A stretch of 63,517 nt of DNA, filler included, from Atractiella rhizophila (lineage: Eukaryota), in assembly GCA_021432655.1 (NCBI GenBank). It is 6 parts of 6 records of this genome, joined end to end, with 100 filler letters (N's around TTAATTAATTAA, not from the genome) between each part and the next. Parts side by side here need not be neighbours in the genome. Positions count along the whole stretch, not along the records: positions 37,004 to 53,411 come from MU271425.1; positions 53,512 to 55,195 come from MU271442.1; positions 55,296 to 62,100 come from MU271450.1; positions 62,201 to 63,517 come from MU271452.1; 2 more parts are not named here. The stretch is one strand, 5' to 3'. The position numbers and the translations under genes are program-made. Under the pieces are notes generated by a model. The model was not told the origin of the DNA, searched no databases, and was given only the letters and a program-made list of their open reading frames with translations. Below, in pieces: positions 49,859 through 62,452 of the stretch. The first letter of the stretch is position 1; every line of letters starts with the position of its first letter.

Positions 49859-50733
49859 GCACGTTTAATTTCTGGTGCTGCTGAAGTTGTACTAATTACT
49901 TCCTTTAGATTCGGATGTTGATCAAGCAACCTTAATTTCTCTGTTTCTTCGATGTAATATCTAAGACTTGAACACACGAAGCCAAAGCGTCTGAATGATG
50001 AATGACAATGGTATCTGTAATTTCCACAGAAAATCTTTCAACCGGAAAATACAGAGGATTGGGAAATCCAGGATGCTGGAGAGCACTGCACTGCACGCAC
50101 TGCACACTCTGCTTTACCACGTCTGTGGAGTAAGGGAGGACGGTTTGAAGTTGGATCAGCCATGCAGACACTCTCCTCTGCATAATCAAGTTTAGTGATC
50201 GAGCATTACAGCTCAACAGTGCATGAATGTGACATTTAAATAGGCATTTGAATCTAAGAAAGAAAGAAAAACCCTTCCCATAATCTAGGAGAGGAAACCA
50301 TGCACCTAAACGTCACTGCCCTCCTTTCCCTTTCATATATCATGCCAACCTAACTCGCTCTCCCTCATCCACCTTCAACTTGTTCCGCAAGTAAAGCACC
50401 TTCGCTACCTCAAACGCCATCAGTGCGTGCTTGTTCCAGCCAAATCGAAAATCAATCTCCGCGATGTTGCGGCTCTTGTGTAGATCTCCCACTTCCATAT
50501 GCAGCATTTTTGCCTCCTGGGCATCCTCGTCGCCGCTTGTTGGAGAAAACTGGATGCAAGAGACGAGTGTTTGTAGTCCGGAGAAGTGGCTTTGCGAGTG
50601 CCGTCTCCACGACACGCACCGCCTGTTGGAAGAGCGATTGGAGCATTCGTAGTATGTCACTCAAGAACACCGGTATGTCGGTATGTCGTCCAAGCACCGG
50701 AGGTTGGTAAAGGGTCAGATATAGTGCTGTGAC

Positions 50734-50957
50734 CCTGTGGAAAGTCCAGGCCAGTTCTTTGAAGGATTACCAGGTCTGGTTTTTTACCAGAGTCCACTCC
50801 GGTGAAGTTGCAAGAATACCGGGTGGCAATCCAGGTAATTCAAAAGGGAGGACTGGTAAATTACCAGAGAGAGTGGAGCGGGGATGAAAGGACCGCACCT
50901 CGGTTTCCAGTGCTCCAGACTGGTTATTTACTTGTGTCCAGACTGGACTTCAACAGG
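50734..50957. mobile_element. Possible MITE-like remnant
   Basis: Imperfect inverted ends cctgtggaaagtccag / ctggacttcaacagg and many internal ctggt/accag motifs. No TSD found. Confidence 0.4.
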
Positions 50958-52406
50958 TAAATAACCAATTATTTTACCATCTCACCCAGTTTCTGTTCGA
51001 TATTCTCACAGGGACTCCTTATTTGATTACCGGGCACGGTATTCTCAAAATCGCCGCTCTTGCTCACATATTCTCGCACAAATATTGTTATAAAAAGAGA
51101 AATGATAATTGCAACCCGATGTTGTGTGAATCCCTGGTTCCCTCTAGACACAGGCTATCAGCCTAGCAACAAACAAAGCAAGTAAGTCGAAGGAAGACAA
51201 GCAAGAGAGCACGAACGGAGCCTGCTTTAGCAATCTGCTAATACGACGCCTTCGCCTTCGCCTTTCCGCCGTTCGCGCGCCGCCTCGTCCGCCTTCTGCT
51301 GCCTCTATCCTGCTTCCACTCCGACTCCTTTCCAAGGCACAATAACGATCTGCATGACCGAGTAACGAGTAATTAGAAGAAGACAACATTGAACCACAAT
51401 GAAAATGAAGAGGACAAACCTTGGTACAGTTTCTTGCGCATCGCCGTCGGAGCTTCCTCTTGCGCTTCGCGTCCTCCAAGTCCTTGTACAAAACTCGCTC
51501 GAACATCTCGATTGCTACAAATGAAGCCTACACCCGAGTCAGAGGAAGAAGACGATGAAGGTACTGACATGACACAAGAATGAAGGTACTAACCTTCAAC
51601 TGCTCATCACCAATACCCGGTCTGCTGCTCCACTACTCTCTTGACGTATTATCGGCTCGATTGGGATGAGGGTTCCTTGCATAAACGTAAGACAAACGAG
51701 TTAGAAGTTGTCTGTAAGAAGGCGAACCGAGATGGGCCGAAAGTGCAAAATGAGTGTTTGAAGGAATCTAAGGAATAAGAAGTGTTATCAGCGTATGTCA
51801 AACGTTTGAAGCAAGGCAAAAACGTATAGAAATTGAAAGAAAACGCGTCACTTCTTCTTCAAGCTTCAAGTCCCCCCTCCGCGGAACAGCTACACTTTCG
51901 AACCAAACCAAAATTCGCGAAAACAATTTCCACACCCACAAAACCATACTATATATTCTAAAACACTCACAGAGTGTGAAGATGCGGCTAGAGCACCTTC
52001 CCATCCCCTTGTACGCGTTCACTACATTCCTTCGAATTCCTTCACTCCGAGACCTTCCCATCAACCGACGTGTCGCTACTTAGCTGGAGACATAAGAACC
52101 ATATAAGAATCCACATTCATTTGTCATAAAGGAGACCTGATGTTGAAATGGCATCGAATGTTCGTCGAGGCGGGGTTCCCAAAAAGTGCTGAAGGCGAGA
52201 AAAAAAAGCGTTTTTTGCGTCAAAAACCTGCGATGGGGTGGAAACGAGATGGAGGGATGTCGATATCGATTTAGGAGGAGGATGACACGGGAATAATGCC
52301 GTTTGAGGGAGTCGAGGAGGAGTCGAGTTCGTCGATTTTGAAAACTTCTAAGTTTCAGCACGGTCTGAGACAAATGTGGCCAAACATTCCTCGAGTTGCT
52401 CAGCAG

Positions 52407-53411
52407 TAGGGCTTTGCACCGTCCCGTCCGTCGATTTTTTGGGCTGGGACGGTGACGGGACGGGTGAACCCGCACCGTCACCCGCACCGTCATCAGCAAC
52501 AAACCACCTCTGACGGTGACGGTGCGGTTGACGGGTGAAAAAAAGCGGTTGGCGGACGGGTTGGATGGTGTAGACGGTGTGGATTAATCGTCAGTTGGCG
52601 TATGTAGATTACATGAGCAAGCAAGCTTGAATGAAGCACTAGTCACTATCAATGTTCATAACAAAATCCTTCGAAGAAGAAGACAACTTGACAGGTTCAA
52701 ACAGCCAAGACAAATCCCCGTTCTTCTTCCTATCTAACATCCACCAAGAGCATAACATCATGAGTTTTTGGATTGTTTCGGCCTTCAGGGAAGCTCGGCG
52801 CAATGAGATGACATCTCTGCCAGAGGAAAACACTCGTTCAACAGCTACTGCAGATGCTGCCACCACAATGCGATATTAACGTCAAAGCAAGAAGGGAAAA
52901 TAAGAAAGGACTCACCAGGGATGCAAAGCACACTTTGCGCTAAAGGGACCAGAGCTTGGAATCTACCACCCGCAGCCTGTGCTTGCCACCACTGGAGAGG
53001 ATCCAAGCTGCCGACATCAGGCTCTCCGTCATCGGGATCTTGCAGTTTGCGGATATGCTTCCAGTAGTGATCGAGGATATGCGTTGGCGACGCTGCTGTC
53101 TGAACGTTGTTTTGGCGACCGATCCGCTCATTGAGCTTCTGCTGTGCACTCAATGCGGGCTTTGAGTTGTTGACCTTCACAGAGATAGGAGTTGCGAGTG
53201 GTGGGGTTAAGTGGCCGTAGTCGCTGTCGAACTTCCTCTTCAGGTTGTCCTTGGCACGCTCCACCCAGAAGGGATCGAAAGCGTAACGCGGATCCTCCAA
53301 AGTTGCAGGACCAGCATTAGGGTCGAGTACTATTCCCTCCATCCAAATCAGCAAACAGACATATGCAGCCGGATGAGAAGAATGTGGAAGAAAGATAGAG
53401 CTCACAAATAG
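52407..53411 (-). mobile_element. hAT DNA transposon 3' part (transposase dimerisation domain, CDS 52639 to >53405) with terminal TIR; cut by spacer
   Basis: DPLQWW..LAQSVLCIP|ASAVAVERVFSSGRDVISLRRASLKAETIQKLM. TIR TAGGGCTTTGCACCGTC at 52407 with ACGG/CCGT subterminal repeats. Confidence 0.92.
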
Positions 53412-53511
53412 NNNNNNNNNNNNNNNNNNNNNNNNNNNNNNNNNNNNNNNNNNNNTTAATTAATTAANNNNNNNNNNNNNNNNNNNNNNNNNNNNNNNNN
53501 NNNNNNNNNNN

Positions 53512-54030
53512 ACGAAGGAGGTGCTGAACAAAATCCCAGAAGTAAGCAAAACCAAAATCGGCATCCTTCATCTCTTCGTACAGCATACAAGGTACAATCT
53601 TGCTCAAAAATATTTGGGAGTCAATGACACGTCCTTGTGACAGTTGCGCGCTCTCGGTGAATGAAAATTACGACCCTGATGTGCGGAAGGATATGACGAT
53701 GGCATTGGACAAAATCGTGCCTGAATCTCTGGCGTGGCAACACACGGATGAAGGACCAGACGATTCTGTATCGCATACGAAAGCTTCGCTTATTGGCTCT
53801 TCGATTAGCATACCCATCACTGATGGAGTGCGTTCGGTCCTTTTGCAGTCGACACGGGCATGCTGATTTCAACCCAGAGTCTGAATTTAGGAACCTGGCA
53901 AGGCATCTATCTGTGTGAGTTCCGAAAGGATAAACACACCAGAAGGATTGTAGCAACCATCATGTTCGTCTCTCATTCGAAGCGCTGTCTCTCCGCTGAT
54001 TTTTCCAATATTTTCCACTCAGCCCTTGAA
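53512..54030 (+). CDS. UPF0047/YjbQ family protein, 5'-truncated
   Basis: GILHLFVQHT|SCALSVNENYDPDVRKD..HTDEGPDDSVSHTKASLIG..|LNLGTWQGIYLCEFR. Confidence 0.93.
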
Positions 54031-54372
54031 GTTCCAAGCATACACTTAGATTGTCCCTCTCATCGCTTATCCCAGCCAATAGCCTGTTAAATCGTTACTC
54101 TTAGGAACATAATGTACAAGTGATGTAAACTGAATACAGGAAATCAATATATGGCGCAACATCTTGAAAGTCGGGTCTGACATAAAGTCAGCCTGTTCCC
54201 ATCACATCACAGTATTAGCTTGAATAATTGTTGTATCTCTTACAATCGTGACCTGACCAGCTATTTCTCCTGTCTTCAGTGGTACTGCTGTTTTCACGAT
54301 GAAAGACTTACAAAAAATGCCAACATGCTTCTCTAGCACCGACGCTTTCATGCCGGTCTCGAACACATTCGC

Positions 54373-55056
54373 CTACTTTTTCAAACCTTTCTTTACTTTG
54401 GCTTTCCAAGTGCTCCCTTTCTTAAGATCTGGAGCTTTCGGAAAGACGAGTACTGGTGCCCACCGCGACTTCTTCAGCTCGTTCTCTAGTAAAGCGAGGT
54501 TGAGCAAGTTTGCCTGCATCCTCACATTAATTCTGTTATAGAATCGACAGAAAGGTAGAAAGACCTTGAATATGAAGTCCAGTAAATCCCCATATACTGG
54601 TATCATGCCTATGATTGCATCCACCAGCAGGTACAGCAACTACCATCGTACTTCACCTCTTGACGACAACAACAGGAACGTAAGAGCTCACCATTAATCC
54701 TAGCACTTGCCATCTGATTTTAAAAAGCCATACGCTCAATATCACTTGATAAAGGCCCATAATAATCCCCAACCCATCCCCTAAAACAGGGACTATCGCT
54801 CCCAAAATGGCTTCAGCTCCTACACCAATAGGAATGTAGCTAGGTAGCTGAAATGAAGGGAAAAAGTGCTCGGTAGCATCCAGCTGTAAAACGCTTGGTT
54901 AAAAATACGTATACGAGATGAAGAAAGACCAACGAAGTATGCAACGGTCCTGATGTGGTTGTAAGCACGTTGAGCTTCCAGTGGATTTCGGGGACGACGC
55001 AGAGGTGGATGAAAGACAGCAGAGAAATTTGGTGCAGGTGTGGAGGTGTCTGACAT
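54373..55056 (-). CDS. DUF4112-type membrane protein
   Basis: GAEAILGAIVPVLGD and VDAIIGMIPVYGDLLDFIFK|ANLLNLALLE. Confidence 0.75.
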
Positions 55057-55295
55057 GTCGAATACTTGCAACACGCTTTTGCTCTAGCTTTTGCTATGCC
55101 CCTGCGCTAATGCCGTGGTCCCTTCCTGCTTCCTGGTCGATGTTGGAGCTGATTGCTGCATCATTACGTCACAGCAGTACAGAATTGGAGTTCGTNNNNN
55201 NNNNNNNNNNNNNNNNNNNNNNNNNNNNNNNNNNNNNNNTTAATTAATTAANNNNNNNNNNNNNNNNNNNNNNNNNNNNNNNNNNNNNNNNNNNN

Positions 55296-57293
55296 ACCTC
55301 CGACTTCCTCAGATCCCACACTTTCACCACTTCGCTCTCGTAGCCCACCGCGAGGAGGAAGCCGTTCTCGCTGAAGCCTACAGTCTTCACCGCTCCGTCT
55401 TTCGACTCGAAAATCGCGCTCATCATCCTCCGACGCGGATCCCAGATTCGCAACGCTCCATCGCTCCCTCCTACACCTATCAGGGCACCGTCAGGATGGA
55501 AAGCCGTGCTGGTGAACCCGACGCCGGACGGGATCTCGCTGCCCGACGATGAGGAGTGGGTGAAGAGCGTCTTCACTCCGTCTCCAGCGAGGTCGTGAAT
55601 GGCCCACGTCCCATCGGAGGCTGCGGAAGCGAGGAGAGTGTTGGAGGGGTGCAGCGAGAGGCCGGTTACTGAGCCGTCGTGCACTCCTGAAAGCGTCGTC
55701 CAGCTCTTGTAAAGGGATTTGGCAGACGCGGATTCGGTCGGCGTCCAGAGACGGACGGTTTTGTCGGATGAGGAGGATGCGAGGAAGGTGGGGATGGAAA
55801 GCTCGCCTGAGGTACGGGACATGGGAGAGAGGACGATGGAAGTGATGGGTTTGGTGTGCCCTTTGAGAGTTGCTAGAACCTTGTCGTTCACCCGGTCGTA
55901 GACCTGTACCACTTTGTCGCTTCTTTTGCCAACACACCATGAGCCCAGGGTAAGAATGAGAATGAAGTGAATGCGTACCCTCCAGTAGCAAGGATTCCGC
56001 CATCCTCCTTCCCCTCTTCAGCGCCATTCAAACCTCCCGCACCCCAAGTAGCGACGGCGCTGATGCCCACCTCGTCCTTCTTGCTTCCGTGAAGACTGCC
56101 TACCACCTGAACCTGTTCAAAAGTCTTGACCTCCTCGGCAGTGACAGGCTTCAACTTCACGGCGTCGGTGAACTTGGAGGATGGCGGCTTGAGCGCTTTC
56201 CTGGTCTTGATAAGGCTTTGATGAGCAGCTTCGATGCGTCCCTCTGCCTCAGCCCCGAGTGGTCCGGCCTCTGTAGACGCATCTTCCATCTCAACATCTC
56301 CTCCTCCTCCTGCCGCAGATCCGTTCGTCTGCCCTGAAACGCCGAGAGTAGACGTAATGTTGTTGAGAGCACTATTTAGCCGTCAGCATGCAATAAACCT
56401 GAACGAAATGGACGACATACTCTCTAGCCTCATCCCTCTCTCTCACTACCCTCGCAAGTACGCGCATGGCGGCATCCTCTTTATAAAGCGCCAGACTAAG
56501 GTCTTGCCTGTTGCATCCACCCATTCGTCAAACTCTCACCCATTTGACGATGACAGGAGCAGGACTAACCGGAGCTGGTTGGCTACTTTCCGAAGCTCGG
56601 CACATTCAAGCATCACACCGTCCCATTCCGACTGTAATGTGTGAAGGAGAGAAGGAATAGATGTGAGAGACGGAGGACGCGGTGCGGTATTTGGTGCCGA
56701 GATTTTGAGGTTTGAAGGCGCTGTAACAAGTCAGTTGTCAGGCAAATTCAAGAGACAAGATTTCGAGAAGGGACAACAGAGTCACTCAAGGAAGAGGTTC
56801 AGATAAACATAGTAGAATCAGAAGTCATAATCAGCCTTCTAGTCGATTTTGTTTTGGCAGTATCATCATCACCTCGTTCCATCAATAGTACAGGTTGGTT
56901 CTAAAAGGTGGCAATTATTATTTTCCAACATGGCACGCCTGGTTCGCCTTGTAAAATTCAAGGAAATAGGGGTTTCATGCCAGAGAGGAAAAGAGCAACC
57001 TTCGTCCAACAAAACGGAACGGGAGCAACACCATTCCTATCAGAAAAACGCGTCACCCACCTCTTTTCACGACCACAACTCCTCCAATTCCCCCCTCGAC
57101 TGCGGCATCTGTGATAGGGTCCTTCTCTCCATGCTCCGCGAAGTATTTCTCCAATAAACTCTTCTCATAGACGTAGCCGCTTTGGGGCACTATGACGGGG
57201 TTCTGAGCAGGTTCGCCGGATACTATCACGTTGCGTTCGTCAGCGCTGAGTAATGCGAGCACAAAAAGGCCTACAGGCACAGTAAAAAGACAT
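55296..57293 (-). CDS. PRP19: Pre-mRNA splicing factor Prp19 (U-box, coiled coil, WD40), 3'-truncated
   Basis: MSFYCA|LSGEPAQNPV..SGYVYEKSLL..DPIT; PRPPSLTSIPSLLHTLQSEWDGVMLE; WD40 repeats FHPDG and FSENG. Confidence 0.95.
56790..56880 (-). ncRNA. Intronic box C/D snoRNA candidate
   Basis: Minus strand ggaacGAGGT-g-ATGATGA..CTGA..CTGA-ACCTCttcc: perfect C and D boxes closed by a terminal stem, in a ~340-nt Prp19 intron. Confidence 0.75.
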
Positions 57294-60038
57294 CTTGAGC
57301 AGACCTCCTACCTTCCGTCGCGGTTTTTGTGAAGTGCGAAGTAGGGTTTGCAAGTTAGGGTCAGACGCGGAAGGTTGATATGCGTTGATTGGATTACCTT
57401 GTCTACAGATGGGAGAGGTATATTAGTGGAGACGTAGAGGCAATTGGAGGGATCAGGCGGGAAGAGGATACTAAGTGCACAGGTGTGCTCTCTCATTGCT
57501 CGTTGGAGATGGTGGTGTTGTGTTGTGTCTCGCACTTTCAATAATTGTATATTCATTTTTCTTGACACCAGTTGAGAATGATTACATATAGTTCCTTCTC
57601 GTACAAGCAAAGTAATTACACCTCTTGTCAAAGGTTGAGTGCCTCAATTCCAACAGGACAGCATGCACTCCATTATCCAGCAGCAACTTCGAGACGCGCT
57701 GCGAAACAGCAAAACTGGAATTGACAGACCACAGCTAAATGATTAAATATCAAATCAAATTTCGTTTCAGGTCATTAGACCGGGGATTGTGTTGCACCAT
57801 TGAAAATAACAAAGCCCTGTCTGATTCACCCATCTTCCCAAGTCAGGAAAGGTATGGATGTTTTGTTGAATTATCCTTTGTGCTTAGAGACCACTATCAT
57901 TACATGTAGGGGATACTCACGGTGTAACTGCTACGCGGTCTTTCGGGGCCATAAATAGGTTCCCCGTTTCCTTCAGCCAAATCCTCTTCATACTGACCGC
58001 CGTTGATTGTAGCAGCTCCCGCTAGGCCGGGGGGAATGTGGACGAAGTCCAAGGGCATCAGCGCGTTCACAGTGAGGATGTAAATTCGGATCGTGGATAC
58101 CCCCGTTCGGCGCGTCGACAACCACTTTCCTTGCCATCCCGCCGAACCCGAGAAGATTAAGAACTTATCAATGCTACAAAAGCACACAAACCATCTCTGA
58201 GACTTAGTAAGCCTGCTCGAGTAAAGGGGATGCAAGTTAAACCAAGGCATTAAGGAGCTTGTAATCGCTTCTTGGGATGGATGACGTTGAACTAGATGGT
58301 CTTAAATGCCCAAGATCCTTTTGCATTGCAGAATACTTGAATCTTGTCGCCTTTGGCAGGAGATTCTTCGGTATTTAGACTTTAGGATCCCTTTATATCA
58401 AACCACTAGCATTCCTAGACTCTTTTTCCTTTTTCCTGTACTCGATTTATCAATTGACTGAATGTACTCTACTAATATTCAAAACGAGTCAATTTCGCAT
58501 GGCAACAATCTCAGTGACTGAACTTTGTGAGTTATGGTACAAGGGAATATAAATCTCAATCTTCTGTGTATTCTTTTCAAGTTTGTCCTGACTGACATGA
58601 TGCACATGAAGAAAGGTAATTCGAGTGTCACCTGTTCAAGCTCTAAGTCAAACAAGGCTACATACTGTCATAACAAGGCAAGCAGATGCTGGATGACCTA
58701 ATTAACAAAGGCAATCGCGGATTAAATCGAATTTTCTCAGTTTGTCGCTCTTGCATCGCTTCAATATTTACCTGCTGCGGTTCTGTACATCGCGTTCCTA
58801 TACTTCCTCAGCCTGCGATAAAGGAACTGGTGAGGAGGTGCAAGTCCCTCGGTGGTTACGGTCAAGGGTAGGCGGCTAACTTGAAGCTGTTCAATATTCC
58901 AACAACCGGGCAAAGCCTGTGACCCCCGTGACCATGGGTCGTACTGGGGAGTGGCTGTGTAAGACAGATAAAGTGTAAGATTGGCGGATTCGCGGGTCAC
59001 CGGTGGAATGTCTCGAGTGAAGGGACAAGGTGATCACATGGGAATAAGGTGCGATTGTCGAGTGAGTTTGGCTCTCCCTGATTGAGTTTGGTGTCGAGAG
59101 TGTCGAGAGAGGCTGCAAGACGGACAGTCCGGGTCGGAGTTTGATAGTGGACCAATGTATCCCCTCCCCTCTCCGCGAACACTTGTCCCCGTGTAGGTTA
59201 CTAGTTGGAAACGGGGTTGAAGGTGTGCGGTTGCAAGGGAGCACGTCTTGGAAACTCCCCGAGCAGAACTACGAGAAGTTGTGAACATTGACACCCTGCA
59301 ATGAGGGTATGCCTAAAAGCTAATGAAAAGCGACACGCAATCCATATTCATCTCATTCTCTATTCCAGGCGCAAATTCTGGGTTAAGCGGGTATCGTCAA
59401 CATCTTCATGGAGTCAGTTTGAACTCATTGTTCATTGCTGTCTGAGTGTATGACGTGCGACCAGCGAAGTCCCCGTCAAGTCAAGGTACGGGGCCACGGA
59501 GCCGCGGGGACGGCTGCCTGTATTCAAGCTCAGTATCGATAGCACTTTGTCTGTTAGTCCGTCCCGCTCCTGGTCTGTGCGGTGGCTCAATCTGGTTCAA
59601 TCGCGCTCCACGTCGCTCGATAGGGCTTGTAAGGAGAAGAATACTCGAAGTTGACTCACCAAAGGACTTACATTTGCCTGCTTTATTCTCCTCCAATGAA
59701 AGCTGCAGTATGTTGAATCCTGGGCAGATCAGATGCAATGGGTATGATGAAAAGACTTACGTAGTGAAAGACCTGATGAAACTGACCTTCTGTTCAACCG
59801 CCTGTGCTGTAACTTCTGTCCTCGGAGGAAAGCCTGACAATCACCGCAACTTCAGAGTGCTAACTTTTAATTTTGATGACCTTGCTCTGTCCGAAATTGT
59901 CTTGTTCCTTCGATTACAATGGCCACGAGATAGGGATGGATCGAACTAAGGCCAGGAGTGTTAGTCGACATTAATCGGGAGCGACGGACCGAAACGATCT
60001 TCAATGTAATAGTGCTGGAAAGATGGAGTGCCGGCACC

Positions 60039-60858
60039 NNNNNNNNNNNNNNNNNNNNNNNNNNNNNNNNNNNNNNNNNNNNNNNNNNNNNNNNNNNNNN
60101 NNNNNNNNNNNNNNNNNNNNNNNNNNNNNNNNNNNNNNNNNNNNNNNNNNNNNNNNNNNNNNNNNNNNNNNNNNNNNNNNNNNNNNNNNNNNNNNNNNNN
60201 NNNNNNNNNNNNNNNNNNNNNNNNNNNNNNNNNNNNNNNNNNNNNNNNNNNNNNNNNNNNNNNNNNNNNNNNNNNNNNNNNNNNNNNNNNNNNNNNNNNN
60301 NNNNNNNNNNNNNNNNNNNNNNNNNNNNNNNNNNNNNNNNNNNNNNNNNNNNNNNNNNNNNNNNNNNNNNNNNNNNNNNNNNNNNNNNNNNNNNNNNNNN
60401 NNNNNNNNNNNNNNNNNNNNNNNNNNNNNNNNNNNNNNNNNNNNNNNNNNNNNNNNNNNNNNNNNNNNNNNNNNNNNNNNNNNNNNNNNNNNNNNNNNNN
60501 NNNNNNNNNNNNNNNNNNNNNNNNNNNNNNNNNNNNNNNNNNNNNNNNNNNNNNNNNNNNNNNNNNNNNNNNNNNNNNNNNNNNNNNNNNNNNNNNNNNN
60601 NNNNNNNNNNNNNNNNNNNNNNNNNNNNNNNNNNNNNNNNNNNNNNNNNNNNNNNNNNNNNNNNNNNNNNNNNNNNNNNNNNNNNNNNNNNNNNNNNNNN
60701 NNNNNNNNNNNNNNNNNNNNNNNNNNNNNNNNNNNNNNNNNNNNNNNNNNNNNNNNNNNNNNNNNNNNNNNNNNNNNNNNNNNNNNNNNNNNNNNNNNNN
60801 NNNNNNNNNNNNNNNNNNNNNNNNNNNNNNNNNNNNNNNNNNNNNNNNNNNNNNNNNN
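60039..60858. other. Scaffold gap (~820 N)
   Basis: Run of N. Confidence 0.99.
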
Positions 60859-61504
60859 CAACAGAAGCGGCCAAAAGAATACGTTACAGCCTGACTAACC
60901 TCGATTGACCGGAGAAGTGGGCTCAATTTCAGGTGAGAGTCTCGAAGGTGACGTTCTACTGCCCTCCGAACGAAACGGGCACACCTCATACCGTTCAGCT
61001 CTCTAACTTGATCAAATTCCAAGCCATAAGTATTCGAGCTAAGGACTAAGGTACTCTGAATGCTCCAGCGCAGGAGAGAGTTGTGACTGGTCAGCGATTG
61101 GACCCATCTGCCATCTGGCTGAGCAGCTTCGACAACAAACCGTCACTGGTAACTGAATCTTGAACCGATCAATGTAATTCATATCTCTGCTAGCCTTGCG
61201 TGAAACGTTGCGTCTTTACCCAGATTCCTACAAAAATGGTGTCTGTTTCCCTATCACGACCATTCTTCACTCGGTAGTTGGTTGTTGATTTACCGAGCCA
61301 GTTTACTAAGGCTAGATGGTTTTGGTTGCTCGACCATTGACTGTGAGCTCTGGAAGTTTTATTCAGCGCAGGGTTCTAGCGAATCTCGAACAATTGCCTT
61401 CGCCAAACGCGGCCATCCTTTCTACCCCCTTCAGCTTCACATTCAACATTCAAGGGGGGTTTAAGAATGGATTGGCAGGAGATGAGTACGACTACGACTA
61501 CAAA

Positions 61505-62100
61505 TTATCTGTGTAAGAAATCAGACCAAACAAGAAGTGTCTGATAGGCTACGGAAGAGAAAGCACTATTTCTATGACCAATGATAGCATCTAAGAGAGA
61601 GGAGTTGGGAATAGAGGGAAGAGGCACTTTGGAAAAGAAAGAGAGATCCGTGAAGGGAGAATTAGCAGAAGAAAAGAAACCTAAGGATGAAATCAAACAG
61701 CTAACATGACCACGAGAAAAAGGGAGACCACAAGAGCAAGGGCGGTTGAATCCGAAACGTCCCACCCTCCACTTGATGACGAGCCTCCGCAAGGCATCAT
61801 TGTTCAGCTTTCTAGGGTAATACATGAATGTGTGACTTTTGCATTCGGGATAAATGAACTGTGGAAGCGGTAAAGCTTCGGTCCTTGCCATCTTCGGTCT
61901 GGAAGAACAGGGAACAACGAATTTTGCGTGAAATTCGGCAATGCTCTTCGATTCGAGCATAGATATGTGTCATCAACCGTCATCAAGCAGTCTGATGACC
62001 TAATAGGAAGCTCAAGAACTCCTCCAGCTTCGCTCGCTGAAGTTTGTTCAAAGAAGTTACACCAAGTTAGACGAGTAGACATAGTAGACGGTCCTCAAGT
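61505..62100 (-). mobile_element. Probable non-LTR retrotransposon ORF 3' end, degenerate and cut by spacer
   Basis: RRLVIKWRVG..RPCSCGLPFSRGHVSC resembles the Cys/His motif C-terminal to LINE-type RT. No RT core is visible. Confidence 0.5.
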
Positions 62101-62200
62101 NNNNNNNNNNNNNNNNNNNNNNNNNNNNNNNNNNNNNNNNNNNNTTAATTAATTAANNNNNNNNNNNNNNNNNNNNNNNNNNNNNNNNNNNNNNNNNNNN

Positions 62201-62452
62201 GACAAACCTCCGGTATTTTCTCATGGGAGCTTTCAACGCCAACATGTAATCATGCAAGGAGGGAGGCTAAGTGCAGTAGTTGGTTGGCGAAAAGCGGGGT
62301 TCATGCCTGTCCATTGGGAATGGGTTCAAGCATCCATATCAGAAGAATATTCTCTTGTTTGGAATTCACTCCTGGAAAGCATACTACAGCCATTTGATAT
62401 GGAATTGCTTGTCTATTGTGAATATGCCCCTGCATTGAAAAATGCTCAATAA
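62201..62452 (+). CDS. APH-like (pseudo)kinase C-terminal fragment
   Basis: PPVFSHGSFQRQHVIM..LSAVVGWRKAGFMPVHWEWVQA aligns to the neighbouring gene's FTHGDLSPRNVIV..RAIIDWEMSGFMPFPWEWVKA. Confidence 0.7.
   Translation, partial: DKPPVFSHGSFQRQHVIMQGGRLSAVVGWRKAGFMPVHWEWVQASISEEYSLVWNSLLESILQPFDMELLVYCEYAPALKNAQ

Noticed and set aside
58918..59293. Solo-LTR-like TG..CA segment
   Set aside because: No matching TSD and no second copy in the window.
59867..61022. Long ORFs in all frames
   Set aside because: They consist almost entirely of the N gap.
25300..62200. Recurring palindromic TTAATTAATTAA motif, and any gene-cluster reading across it
   Set aside because: Artificial spacer between contigs, so neighbourhoods across it carry no biological meaning.
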